Shown piece by piece: positions 1 through 13,458 of a stretch of 64,000 bases of DNA (its first letter is position 1; the number at the start of each line of letters is the position of its first letter). This DNA is from Monocercomonoides exilis PA203. Lineage: Eukaryota > Protista > Preaxostyla. The notes beneath the pieces were generated by a model. The model was not told the origin of the DNA. It worked only from the letters and a program-made list of their open reading frames with translations, and did not search any database. The translations under genes were made by a program, and so were the position numbers. The stretch lies in contig LSRY02000009.1 of the NCBI GenBank assembly GCA_001643675.2, positions 1,426,001 through 1,490,000 of the forward strand, given 5' to 3'.

Positions 1-1323
1 ATACAAAATACCACTTGAAAGGAGGAAATTTACATAAACTATCTCGATGCCTGAAAGCAGAAAATATTAAATCCACCGTATTTCCATTGACACAGCCAGA
101 GTACATTTTTGCCTACAAACACACAATACGAAACACAAAACACTCCAATTTTATCCCTTTCCATTTGCACAATTCCTCGATCTAACACGTCTCATCCGCG
201 GAGCTATCGACGGCGCGCTTTCCTTCATCACAACCGCACCAATTTTAACAAATTAGTTCATCGTCTTTCTATCTCTCTCTCCCTCCCTCTCCCTCTCTGC
301 CAATTACAATTTTCACTCATCAATTATCAATTAGACACGAAGCACCCACTCCCACCGCCTTTATCTTCTCTTTGTTTTTCTCCTTCTTGAAATTTACTGA
401 TTTTCCGCATTTCGCCCTTCTCCGTTTTTTTTTTCCTTCCTCTTCCTCTTTTTTTTCTTCCTCCTCTTCTGATTCCACTTCTGCTCCTTCTTCTCAATTT
501 CTTTCGCTCATCTTTGTTATATTCCTCATTCAATTTGCAACCAATATCATCATTACAAGCAAGACTTTCTTAAGCATCCGCTATTTTTCTTCTTATCATT
601 CGTTTTCTTCTTCTGCTGCTGCTTTTCCTTCATCTTCTCCTCTATTTCTTCTTCAATTTGATATAAATCGTGTCATTTCCTTTTGACATGACTGTATTCA
701 ACTGAGTTTCGGAATTTTCTCCGGAAAATTTTGAACGGCCACGAACGGGGGAATTTTTTTGGGTGTCTTTTTTTTTTATTTTTATTTTTGAGTTCAATAA
801 ATATTTATATCTATCTCTCTCTTTCTCTCATTCGTTCCGTCGTTGCTTGTGACTTAAGAAGGTGCGGAGGAGAAGAAGGAAGCAATCCTTTAGGTGTGAG
901 AAGAATGATGCTGAGTCATAAGACGAAATGGAAGAAGACAAAGATGGTGAAAAGATGATGATTGAACGATTGCTGATTCAGAAGATGAAGCTGCTTTAGA
1001 AGAAGAACAAGAGGAAGAGGAAGAGGAAGAGGAAGAAGAATCGATTTTCTACAAATTCATCATCATCTGAATTCACGCACGTTCTTCAATCATCACTTTC
1101 TCTCCTTGCTCTTCTTCATCATCTCTTCTTCTTCCTTCACCTTAGCCATCATTCGCACCAATCTATCGATGAATCAGCTTACACAATAAGGCCTTGCCTC
1201 ATATTCACTTTTCCCTTCAAATGCCCAATCTTATGATTCATGTTCAAACATTTTGCTTTTTCCATCTATCAATGCACTGTCTTAGCTTTATACATTAGAA
1301 TGATAGGAATTTGCAAGCCGAGG

Positions 1324-1954
1324 TCATATTATGCACAATGAAATACCAACTAGTTCACACCAACTTGTTATTGAACGACTTTCAACTTTATTTTCTGAGA
1401 AAGACCAAGCAGAATAAGATTGAGTAGTCTCTATAACTGCTGCTCTTCCATGTTGCGCTGTGCAACTTGTGAAATTAGATTTCGTGATGTTCACATTTGA
1501 CAAACATATGCAGCATAATGCTCTACCATGATTTGTATTTGAACATTCGTTGAATGAGCAGGAAGTGATTGCAAGATTTGCATTTGCACAATAAACATGA
1601 AGTGCACCGCCATAACTTGATCCACCAGTTGAATCATTCCATTCGCACCATTCAAATTTATGGCTGCTCTCATCAAAAGAAGTCAACCTTTCAAGTCTCT
1701 TTCTATCAGTTTTATTTTCCAACATGATCCACAGCAGCATTTGGAAAAGAGCGTGTTTGACGGAGGAAAGATGAGTTGAAGGCAGAGAGAGAGAGTTGGA
1801 TGAACTGTTGAGAGAGAGGAGAGGATGGCTCCATTGATAGCATTGCGAGAGCATTGGAAGAAAGAGAAAATGTTGCAAAAAGGATCAGGATAAGGGGACA
1901 AAGAAGAAGAAAAGAAATGCAAGTTTCTAAGCTGCCACGTAGCATTAAGTGCAC
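1324..1954 (-). pseudogene. Decayed secreted/surface protein of a Cys-rich beta-helix-like (GGAL / FxxC repeat) family
   Basis: The hydrophobic N-terminus (ORF 1712-1954) and the FEWCEW...GGALHV...CSFNECS repeats (ORF 1324-1878) lie in different frames. Homologous to the split gene at 7197-8071/12709-13080. Confidence 0.6.
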
Positions 1955-3192
1955 TTTTGCAGTTATTCATGTTTTAGACAATGAAATTGTTCGGAGCATT
2001 TCACTTTTCCACTTAGCTTTTTTTCTCCAAATTAAAATTGCATCACCTGTGCATTCCACAACAAAAACATATAAATGTCAGTGAAAGGGGCATTCAACTC
2101 ACAAATTCAATTAATATTAAAAATTTTGCAAGCTTAATTTGACGTTGTTATGTTTCATTTCCAATGAAAAAATAAAAGATAAAAATTCATGAAAACAGTT
2201 TTTTAACCAATAAAAGCAACATATGATGCTTCAAAAATTTAAGTCGAATGAAGAATCGCATTTATCAGATGGATTTTTGGTAAGATTTCTTAATTATTAT
2301 GAATAAACATTCTTCTTTTTAAACAAAACAACTTCAATTGATTAAAATGGGTTTATGGAATTGAAGAAGTTTATTCAAGTTTCATCTAACACAGTGATGA
2401 ATATTATCGAAATGACACATTTTTTATTTTGAAGAGAATGGTTTCCAAAAGAGTTACAATTTACAATTCTTTGGAATTAAGACTTCACCTGAACAACAAC
2501 CATGACTTTTGCAATCTTCCACGAGGATAAAGTTATTCTCTTGCAATTTCCCCGATCAAGCGTGAATCTTTGATATCTATGTGCGATTGTATAAAGGAGG
2601 AAAAGTGTTGATAGAAGAAGTTGAAAAGCCTTACAACTTGTTTTAATTGTAAAATATTTGCACCTTAATTATCCTTGTTTTCAATTGACTTCGTTCCACT
2701 GATGAAACAAGATTAAACATGTTTCATCTGGTAACCTTTCAATGGAACTTGTGTAAGTTGTATCCAAACATTTAGAAATTGTTCACGAAATATTTGAAAG
2801 GTATTTGCTTATATTTTGAGTTATTTGCAACTTATTTGGATTCAATTGTTCAAGATGTTGAAATGTATCTTCTCATCAAGAAGGTCTTATACACTTTCTC
2901 ATTTCAATGTTTTGTTTTTCAAAAAATGAAAATTTATCATTTCACAAAAAGAAGTTTCACTTTTTGGTTAATGTGAGATAAAAAATAAAAGAGAATGGCA
3001 TAACTGTTTGTTTTCTGAAGTGGCTAATAACTGAAGAAATCAATCGATTTCTTTTGAGGAAAAGAAATAAATAAAAACACGCAAAGTGTCTAATACACTG
3101 AAAAATAAATCGAAAAGTTAAATTGGCTTTGAAACGAAATTAAACAATAAGATGATTGAGATTTCTTGCTCCTTGTTTAATGTGCCGTGAAA

Positions 3193-4119
3193 TTAGGATT
3201 GTTTTTTAAAATGCCTCTTCTTCCAATTTGAAAATAGAAAAACAATGATAATAAGGCAAATTGCACCTCCAATAATAATCAATATCGGAATTGAAGTTGA
3301 AGTTGAAGTTGGAGATGGAGATGGAGATGGAGACGGAGTTGGAGTCGGTTCTATTTCAGGAGCTTCCGTATATCTATAACCAAATATACGAATTTTGTGA
3401 GGCACAAAAGGTGAAATCGACACTTCCACATTTTGTACCGTTGGCGTGTTATAAACAGAAATCAACTTTTGTGCTGCTTTTTGTCCGTTCACAATCGCCG
3501 TTCGAGTTCTTTCGGCAAGTAATAATTCACATATATCAGTTCCATCAATATACTCTTTGCACGGATTTGGAAAATTTCCTAAAGTGAACAAATCCCACTC
3601 TTCGGGCAACTTTTTCATCTTTGAAACGATATCATCAATTGGACGACGTCTGTTTGGATTGTGAGACTGAATCAGAAGAACTGGTTTATCTTGGCCAGTT
3701 CTCCTTGCTCTTTCAACAATTTCAAAATTTACTTGTAATTCGCTTTGCCAAATTCCACACTCGTCATATGGTCTTGTTGTGTTTCCCATGAATGATTTTG
3801 CTGATTCATAGGTAAATGTTGTGTTTTTGTGTAGTTTTGGCATTGATCGAAAATTTGGATGATCGTTTTGACACAATTTATATAAAAGCTTTCCGTTAAC
3901 GCCTTCAAATAATTCAAAGGGAACTTCGCTTTGTTCAAGCGCCTTCATAATTTCATTTCTTTCTTCCTTTCCTTTCCATGGAGCAACAATATAAACATCT
4001 TGCAATCCAAGTTCTTCAAGTCTATTTGCTATTTTTTGTGATTTTATTCCATCAGTATATTTCCATTTGTATCCTTTGGTTTCAAATGTTGCACACAAAA
4101 ACAACAAAAATCCAATCAT
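3193..4119 (-). CDS. Divergent glycosyltransferase family 25-like type I membrane protein
   Basis: Intact 308-aa ORF: signal-like N-terminus; FELFEGVNGK, GIWQSELQV and LPEEWDLFTLG align with the GT25 ORF at 32135; PT/PS linker, C-terminal TM helix and basic tail. The EDD motif is absent. Confidence 0.75.
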   Translation of the reverse strand: MIGFLLFLCATFETKGYKWKYTDGIKSQKIANRLEELGLQDVYIVAPWKGKEERNEIMKALEQSEVPFELFEGVNGKLLYKLCQNDHPNFRSMPKLHKNTTFTYESAKSFMGNTTRPYDECGIWQSELQVNFEIVERARRTGQDKPVLLIQSHNPNRRRPIDDIVSKMKKLPEEWDLFTLGNFPNPCKEYIDGTDICELLLAERTRTAIVNGQKAAQKLISVYNTPTVQNVEVSISPFVPHKIRIFGYRYTEAPEIEPTPTPSPSPSPSPTSTSTSIPILIIIGGAICLIIIVFLFSNWKKRHFKKQS

Positions 4120-4918
4120 GCAATGAGTTGAAAAATAGACCTTTGGATGTTCTAGTAAAAAGGAAAAAATATCTTAATCAAATTTTTGTGACCCTATTTT
4201 TAAAGTTAATTATTTAAAAATTATTTCTTTTCACATGAAGATGGAATATGTTTCAATTGATAAAAATCTATAAAGAATGATTTGAAACAAGTGTTAATAT
4301 AAAAGATTCGTGGGTGAAGAAAATATAAAATCGTTGAAAATGAAACAATTTGAATCTTTTCTTGTTGCAACTGTTTGAAAAATTGATTTCAATAGATTCA
4401 ACAAGTTCTGAATGAATAAAATGTTGATGTAGTTAAAACTTGTCTTGCTGTTTTTTTTTGATCAAGCTTCCATCTGAAAAAGAAAATCTATTTCTGAAAA
4501 TAGAACTTTCCTTAAAATTCATTCTTCGCTAACTTTTAACTACTTTTGATATTTTGAAATTTTTAATTTTTCGTCTTACTTATCCTTAAAAAAAAAAAAA
4601 AAAAGTTTTTTTGTTTTATCCAATTATTTTTTTGAGCCATTATATTATTTCTTTAATTTTATTTGTTGAATTCTCATCAATTCCAATCTTTCAAAATGAA
4701 TTGCAAAACGTTAGTATTATCTCGAAAAACTGTTCAAAATTTTGTTGTATTCACCCAATTATTTTCAGCGAATCACTGAAGGCAGCCCATGAAGTCGTTT
4801 GCGTTAAATTCTTAATTTGAGTGAATTTGTATTTCATATCAAAAATCTTAATCATCACGTTCATTGGTGCAAGCAAAAAGAATTTTTTCTTTTCAGTTTT
4901 AATTTTTATTTTGATTTT

Positions 4919-4960
<42 letters not shown>

Positions 4961-7196
4961 GTGGGAAAGAAGCGTCACTTGCTGGAAATGGTTTTATTTC
5001 ACAAGAGATTCATTCCATTGAAAGAAAACTGCAGCTCTGAAGAAAACGCTTTTGCTGCTGTCTTCATCATTGCCATTGCCATTGCCATTGCCACTGCTGT
5101 TTCGTTTTGGGGAAAATGAAATGCAGATTTTCCTATGTGTTATTTTTTCCCCACTCTTTATGCATCAAATGCGTTATCGCGAATTTTTGACGAGCAATTG
5201 AGCACACATTGGAACTTCATGTTGATGATACAGCCCATTAAGAGATCATTTATCTGTCTGAAGACTTTCAACATGTTCTGCTCATGATGATGCCAAGCAA
5301 ACATAAATGAGATGTCAAAAACTCTGCGATTCATCAGTTGGAAGCTGACAGTCCTTTTCATTTCGAACTTCAAAGACAAGAGCGCGAATTCAACACAACC
5401 AAAAAAAGCTAAGTGTTCAGCATAGCAAACTCCACTTTTGTTTTTCAAAGTCATCACAGAAACTCTTTTTTTTCAATCGAAAAATAGGTTTTTAATGTTC
5501 ATGAGCTTTGTTATTAACTTTTCTGCTTTTGGAATCGCAGTGCCACGGCTTTATCTGAGTTTATCAAACCAAATTGCCTCATTCTTGAAGTCAACTGAGC
5601 CCGTGGCAGTTAGATTCAGCTGCCTCAAGCAAAAAGTGGCTAACGAATTTTGTAATGAGCTTTGAGAAGAGAACAAAGCCCAGCTGCAATTGGAAACGCA
5701 ATTCATTGCAATATTGCGGAAAGCAGGACATTGGGCAATCTTTGCATCTGGCTGTTCCCCATCAACAATCCTTTGCTCTGCCGACTCGATTTCGCATCCC
5801 ACAAACAGGACGTGAAGCGTCAAACGCTCGCGCTGAATCAAACACGCCGATGCCACAGCAGTCTTTCTTGGTGCACTTTTTGCTGTCCTGTTCGTCAGCT
5901 CAGACGTCTTCCGCTGCATGCAGTCCTTTTATATTATCTTCATTATCCTCAAAATCGGGCAAGTGTGATAGAGGATCTCAGTTGCTTTCATTTACCGATG
6001 AATAATCGGAATATGTTATGGCAATGGCAAAGACTAAAGTCGATGAAGTGCCAGAATTGATTTTAAAAAAAAGTCGTCTGAACGAAGTGCGATTCAAAAA
6101 GTTTTTATTCGAAAGACTATTCAATGCAAGGAGTCGGATTTTGAAGAGAGAAAAAAACCATGGCCCCTGCTCTTCAAACGAGCGAAGCTCCCTCATTTGC
6201 GACTCAGAACAAGAAACGAGCATCAGAGGGTTCTGTCCATTGCAAAATGAAAATTGTGATTTCTTTATCATTTCTTGTTCTGTGAACCAGCATGAACAGC
6301 GAAGCCAACAAATCCACAATCAGCTTCTCGAGTCGCAGCGAAAATACCAACACATTTGCTGGACTTGCATTGGCAAGGTGGTTGGGCTCAGTTTCTCATC
6401 CTCGTGAGGGCTGTTCCTGCACCACAGGTATCAATTGTTGGGGTGTGCGAAATGGATTACGATGCTCATTTCTGTGTTCTTGCTTCTCATTCTTTTTCAC
6501 CAGCCTTCTTCGATGAACAACAAAAAATTGTCATTTCCATTTCATTCAAATTCTCATCGAATTCAGGGATAAGCCTCGTCTTTTTTTTCTTTTCAGAAGA
6601 ACAAAAGGGATATTCATTCTATTACAAAATTTAGCCAAATTTAAGTGGCAATAGAGGTGATTTCGAGTCGAAAAAAGCTGATCAGTCGGAGCGAAATCTA
6701 AAAAGGAGGACGATTTTGCCTTTTTTTATTTGGAAGCTGAAAGAGGCGCAGATTAAAAAGAAAGAGTATTAGAGCAATTCTTTTATGAAATGAATGAGTT
6801 CAAAAATAGCATTCGGCAGGCTACACAACGTCACACGCCTTCAATATATCACAGAAGATGAAATGAGGAGAGGAATAGAAATTTTTAAGAAAACAAATAA
6901 TCGAAGGATAGTTCAATGAAATAAGGGCGTTTTCAGCGCTCAAAAAAGGTGAAGTGAAAATAGCAAAAGAAATGGATAATTTTGAAGAGCTTGTTGATAT
7001 TATTGAAGAAAGGAAAAGGGAAGATTCCATTTAGCAACGAGCGGAATTTGCATTTGATGAAAAGGAGAAAATAGATGAAGTAATTTTGAAGAAATGTTTT
7101 TCTCTTGTTGATGTTATGCTTTTTGTAAAAATTAAACTTCAAATGAAAAGAATATGAAAGCTTATATATTTTTCTTTGAAATGGAAATGAAAGAAT

Positions 7197-8071
7197 TTAT
7201 ATGAGAACCTGAAAAAATTCATCTTTTCCAGTGATATTAATATTTGGGGCACGGAATGTGAGAGTTTTTGTTGGAGTGAAAGTTGAGATGAGAAGAGAGA
7301 GGGAGGCATCGCTGAAGGGAGCAACGCATCCGAGAGCATACTCCACTGTGGCACAGGAGCTTTGCTGTGTTTTGCCACAGGCATCGACATCACTTCCACC
7401 ATTTGAGACTATTTTATTCTGGTTGATGATTGGAAGCCAGCCATTGTACACAGCGTTATCAGCTGTATTGCTGTTCCACACTCTTTTTACTTGGGTTGTT
7501 GAACCAAAATTTTCATATGTGTATTGAGTGATTCTATTTCCATTGAAAAACACATCGTTTCCCCTTCCATTTGTTGCAGTGATGCAATCGAAGAAACAGA
7601 ATGTGATGAATTTGAACCCGCCCATCCAGGAATAAGTTGAATTGAAGAAAATGGCAGCGCCTCCATAATACGATGAACTTGTCAATTTATTATTGATGAA
7701 CTGACAATCATTAACCAAAAACTGAGATGGTTTGTTTTGTGGAGGCCAACTGAATGTAAGAGAACCAGCAGAATCACCACCAGAATTTGCGATACACTTG
7801 CATTCAGAAAACAAAAATTGGCAAGTTGAGGTCATATTATTGAGCCAGAAATAACAACCGGTTCCACACCTACCAGATATTAAACAATTTTCGAAATTTT
7901 TTTCTGAATGGTGATAAACAGAATTTGTTTGCGGATAAGCAGTGTGGACTGCACTACCGCGAGCAGCAGAACAGTTTGTGAAATTAAACTTGACGATATT
8001 TACATTTGACAAATATACGATGTATAATGCACCACCAGCATAATCGCCTGTGATCGAACAATTGTTGAATG
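7197..8071 (-). pseudogene. 3' part of a Cys-rich beta-helix-like surface protein gene, truncated by the TIR element
   Basis: GGAL/GGAAIF and FxxC/FxxN repeats plus DVDACG...SC motif. The ORF 5' end runs into the element terminus at 8072. Confidence 0.7.
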
Positions 8072-11000
8072 GGCATAGGTTCAAACGCGTTCCTTTTGCA
8101 ATTTGCGTTTTTATACGCTCAATTTATAACCAATTAATAGATAATAATTATTTAAAAACTTTTTATGGACCGATTTTTCGAAAAAAATATTTCTTGTTGA
8201 AAAAAATGATTTTTGAAAAATGACCCATAAAAACATGAATTTCATAAAAAATTATTCAAATTTAAAAGAAAATGTAATTTTTACACATCAAAAGTGTTTG
8301 CATTGTTTAATAGACTTATTTTATTAATTAATTTTCATCATGAAAAAATATAAATCATAAATGAAAAAATTAATTTTATATCTTTGATCTAACCCACAAT
8401 AAAAATTTTTATATCTTGAAAAATTGATTATTCCGTTTTTGTTAAAATAGAACCAAAAAGTTTGGGATACGTTCACTTTTATATGTTAATATAAGTATGT
8501 TATTATATGCGCACTTGTTTAATATTGAAAACAGCTCCTTTTAACAAACAGAAAATCATATTTTTTTTCGTTTGAATGTTTAAAAGCTGCAAAATTCAAA
8601 TTTCAAAAAAGGTTGCAATGGTTCGATAAATATTAGCAAAACCTCCTTACGAATAAAAAATGATAAATTTATTTGAATCTTTGAAAAACTGACATATACT
8701 TTCATTTTTTTTTTAACTTTAAATTCAGAATTTCTCTTTTTAAATGCATTGAAACCGGAAATTATTTGGTTTTATTAATCTTTAAATGTCTCTAAAATCA
8801 TTTGGAGTTGAGAATAATTGAGAATTTGTTTTTGATAAGTTTATTTTTTTATTCTTTTCACATTTTCGTTGATAATTACATGTTATAGACTTAAATAGAA
8901 ATGTTTTTTATTAAAACATTGAAAAGCGAGTTTAGGTATTTTTTCTTTGTAATTTTGATATTGTTTTTGAAATAATTCTAAAATGGGACGAAATATTTGA
9001 CTTCAGGTATATTCATTGAAAAAATATGCACTTTTCATGGACTTTTTGAGAACAAAAAAAACAATAAAAATTGGTCCATTTTTTGACATTCGTGAAATGT
9101 TGGAAAACTTTATGTTTTGATTTCAACGATGCCTGTTTGCAGATGTGAGAATCTAATTTATTTTGAAATCCGAGAAAACGAAACAAAGTGATAAGTGAAA
9201 CAATTTTTTCTTGCTTTGTGCATAAAAAGCTTGAAAGTCCGTATTTTCCCCCAAATGTCTTTTTCAAATATATTAAAATCATCACTTTCTCAAAATTGAA
9301 AATAAAACATAAATCGAAAATGAATGAGATATTTAAAAACATGCAGCTCTTTCAAAACGATTAAAAACATTAACAACATAGTGTTTTGAAACAAAACAAT
9401 TTGTTAATTGCAGTTTCAGCAAAGTGAAGAAGTCTCAATAAATAATGTTAAATGTTTTCTGATGCTATTCTAATTCTTTCTCCACTCATTGTTATTCCAC
9501 GTTCTGGTGAATTGGTTATTGTTGCGTCTTTCATCAAAACAGAACTCTTCACAACATCCACAAGAGATCCATCCCATTTGCACATCTCCTCTTCTTCATT
9601 CAAATGATATTCATTTCTTTCCTTTGAACTCCCATTAAAAAGGCAATTGTCTATTTTCACATCCAAGCATTCACAAATCTCCATCATTCTTCCCTTCTCT
9701 TTTGTGCATTGACATTTCACAAAGGAACAGTTCAGCACACTCAATCCTCTTTCAGCTCCATCCATCTTTATCACGCTTCCTTCAATAGCCACTGAAATAT
9801 TCTCAAACTTCATTTCCTTCATCTCTGCCTTCGCATTCTCCCCAACTCTCACAATTTCCCCCTCACACTCGATATTCAACGTTCTGGTTTCAGCAATTGA
9901 CACACAAGATTCTCCACAGAATGACTAAGTGGTACAGCTGAATGAATTCCACTGAATGATGTTTCACTCATCTTCAGCTCCCCACTCTCGACATGAAGAA
10001 TCATGCTCATCATCACAAGATCCATTGCTGACGAGCTGAAAAAGCAACCTGAAATCTCCAATCTCCCATCCTTCTCTTTCACAATGCTTTCCCCATTCTA
10101 CCCAAACATCTCTCCATCACACTCTCATTCACAAACACAATCACAGCCCCTTCATTTCCCATCTCTTGAATTGTTTCATTAAAATGGACTATCGCCTTCA
10201 TCTTCTTCATTGACTTCACACTCAAATCTCCAATCACACATCCCTCTCCCATCATCCCTTCCCCATCAATAACAATCATATTCGCAACACTCTTTTCAAT
10301 GTGCCGAACTCCACACCAAATGCATTGGCATGGCTTCTCCTGTGCACCACACTGCCTGCTGTCACTCCCGTTCACACACACAAACACCTGAGAAGAACAA
10401 TAGAATGTGATCAGCGGCATCAGATCAACATCATCCCTTTCCTTGTCTGACCCACATATCGAGTTCTCCTCCTTCAGTGCCTCCTGGCTGAAGTCCAGTC
10501 CAAACAGTCTTTCATTCAACTGTTACTCAATTGAGTTACACCGAATGAACACATCATTCCCAACGAATGCATCATTCATCACAAATCGGATGTTCTCCAA
10601 CCTCAACCCAAGTGGTGGCATTTCCGTGTTGGTATTCTTCACTTTCGGATCAAGTGTGTTAATCATCATCCCTCTTCCCCTTCCATTCCCTGTCGAGCAC
10701 ACACACATCCCAAACGTACACCCACTCACTTTCACCTCCGAATCTCCTCTCTTCATCAGCATCTTCATCCCTTCTCTTTCCACACTCCTCTCACTCATTT
10801 CTTCGCTGTTATGCATCCTTCCATCACAAATCCATCAACAATCAGTTCTCACCCCTCAATGATTATCACATTGTATAGGATCTTTCCATTGGACAATGCC
10901 CCGCTCTCAAATGACACTGAACAGTTTGTGGTTTTGAGTGTTGATGTTGAATGAATGAATGCACTTCTTCTCAGATTCATCTGTCCTTTCACAACAAATG

Positions 11001-12329
11001 AAAGTCTCCTCATAGTCTGCAAACTCGAACATCCAAAAAGCCATTCTTATGTGAACGATCCTTCATCATTCACTTCCATGTTGCCTCCAATCGCATCCAC
11101 AAATACACAATCAAATCCATTGTTGATTCCTGCTTCTGAATGGAATGAACATCCAGTTATCACCAATTCTCCATCTCTGTTTGAAATAATTGTTCTGTCC
11201 AAGTTGTCAAATCCAGACGCAAGTTGAAGTTGGATATTTGTCAATTCAAGATGATTATCATTTTCCATGAAATATTCCAGTTGACTTCCAATTGCCTTTT
11301 CAAAATTCAATATTGATTTCACATTCTCTTCTCCCATCTTCACATTCTTTTTAATCTTATAATTGGATATGTTGAATGGATCTCGAATTATTATGGATTC
11401 AGATATCTGAATTGTTTTATTTCCATTCCCCCTTTCCATGTTTTCCATCCATTTCCACATCATTTAGCATGGTTCTTCCTCGCGTCCACATTGCGCAACA
11501 TCAAATTCACTGTTAGAGTTAAATAAATCAAATTCAAACAATTCTTTTTTTAATGGTAAAAAAAACCAAACTTTTATTTAGTACATGTTTTTATTTCTCA
11601 ACATTGAGCTATTTTGTGTAAGAAATGTTTAATTTTGCAACATTGATTTATTTAAGCACGCCATGATCGAGCCTAATACAAAAAAATATTTATATACAAA
11701 AGAACAAATAAATATTTGCAGGAAAATAGCAAAATAAATATTTATTTGATGAAAAGAACCATACAAAACCTTTTGCGTTCCATTGCTACCAATTTTGAAA
11801 TTTTAATCTTTCAGCTTAACAACATGGAAGTGAAAATGCATGCGTTTGTGTCACTGATAATAAAAGCTGTTTTCAATATTAAACAAGTGCGCATATAATA
11901 ACATACTTATATTAACATATAAAAGTGAACGTATCCCAAACTTTTTGGTTCTATTTTAACAAAAACGGAATAATCAATTTTTCAAGATATAAAAATTTTT
12001 ATTGTGGGTTAGATCAAAGATATAAAATTAATTTTTTCATTTATGATTTATATTTTTTCATGATGAAAATTAATTAATAAAATAAGTCTATTAAACAATG
12101 CAAACACTTTTGATGTGTAAAAATTACATTTTCTTTTAAATTTGAATAATTTTTTATGAAATTCATGTTTTTATGGGTCATTTTTCAAAAATCATTTTTT
12201 TCAACAAGAAATATTTTTTTCGAAAAATCGGTCCATAAAAAGTTTTTAAATAATTATTATCTATTAATTGGTTATAAATTGAGCGTATAAAAACGCAAAT
12301 TGCAAAAGGAACGCGTTTGAACCTATGCC
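8072..12329. mobile_element. Non-autonomous Pack-type TIR element, copy 1 (4258 bp, ~465-bp TIRs, GGC...GCC termini)
   Basis: 8072-8536 is the inverted repeat of 11865-12329. Near-identical inverted copy at 59393-63650. No transposase ORF. No TSD at this copy. Confidence 0.92.
9448..11520 (-). pseudogene. Cargo: internal fragment of a large Cys-rich surface/receptor-like protein gene (CG...PC repeats)
   Basis: Chain of minus-strand ORFs (11047-11463, 10523-10816, 10079-10519, 9876-10082, 9448-9903) broken by stops and frameshifts, with QCGAQEKPC and MCKWDGSLVDV motifs. The same lesions are present in copy 2. Confidence 0.75.
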
Positions 12330-12708
12330 AATAAACTATTGCTAAAATTTCTTAAGACTTTTCAAAGCACTATGGATAAAATTTGTTGATAGCATCTGTA
12401 ATATCTTGTCGTTTTTTTCTCTTATGTCAGTGACTGTCAACGACGGTCAATGACAAATTATAACAAAAATATTCCTCAACTGACATTTTGTGTCAAATAA
12501 AATGTATGTTGGTAACTTGATCATCAAAATTAAAAATTTGTATTTTTTCAAAATAAAGAGAATTGTTGTATATTTATTATCATATTAATTATTTTTGTAA
12601 TTAAGAATTATGAAATCATTATTTATAACCCTTTTTGACAAGTCATAAATATCTTGTCAGTCATTTTGTCATTTTTTCAATTTTCTCTTGTCATGTCACA
12701 GAGGTTTA
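12330..12708. mobile_element. Solo end of a hAT-like element related to 21887-25390
   Basis: Terminus TGTCATGTCACAGAGGTTTA matches TGTCGTGTCGCACAGGTCTA (25371-25390) at 16/20 positions. Many TGTCA/TGACA subterminal motifs. Confidence 0.6.
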
Positions 12709-13080
12709 TTCGCACCACTCAAAGAGATAGCTATTCAAATCAGTAAAGAACAACCGAGTTAATTTCTCTCTGTTGGTTTCATTTTCAATATATTCAACAG
12801 CGGCATTGGCTGAAGAGCGTGTTTGATGGAGGAAAGATGTGTTGAAGGCAGAGAGAGAAGTAGATGAGTTGTTGAGGTTGGGTGGGATGGTACCATCGAT
12901 GGGGTTACAGGTGTGGATGAAGATGGTTGAGTGGACAGAAAGTGATGAAAGAAGAGAGATGGAGGGGATTGAAATATTATTGATATTGATGTAAGTGGAA
13001 ATAAAAGAAGTGGTTGAGATTGTTGAGGCGAATGAGTTGAGAGAGTGAGAAGAAAGGGATTGAAGTGAGAGATGGAACGA
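12709..13080 (-). pseudogene. 5' part of the beta-helix-like surface protein gene whose 3' part is at 7197-8071
   Basis: Manual translation LSAFNTSFLHQTRSSANAAVEY...SYLFEWCE matches paralog 1324-1954 and stops at the hAT-like end. Confidence 0.65.
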
Positions 13081-13325
13081 GAAGGAAATCGAAAAACGAA
13101 ATATATGCTTTGAAATTGATTGGTTTTATCGATACAAAATTTGCAATTTGCTATATTTAAAAAAAAGATGTTGATCAAACTGTTTCACTTTTCCTTTCAA
13201 CATTTGTTTTTGCAAAAAAATTGAGCACTGCTTGTGTTTTTGCAATGAAAACAAAAATTGATCGGTTAAATCAATGTTTAACTCAAAATATTTTTTTTAT
13301 TTTATTATTATTACTATTATTATTA

Positions 13326-13458
<133 letters not shown>

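Noticed and set aside
4312-4757. Possible degenerate GGGTGAA MITE
   Set aside because: Short imperfect match and no TSD; could be chance in AT-rich DNA.
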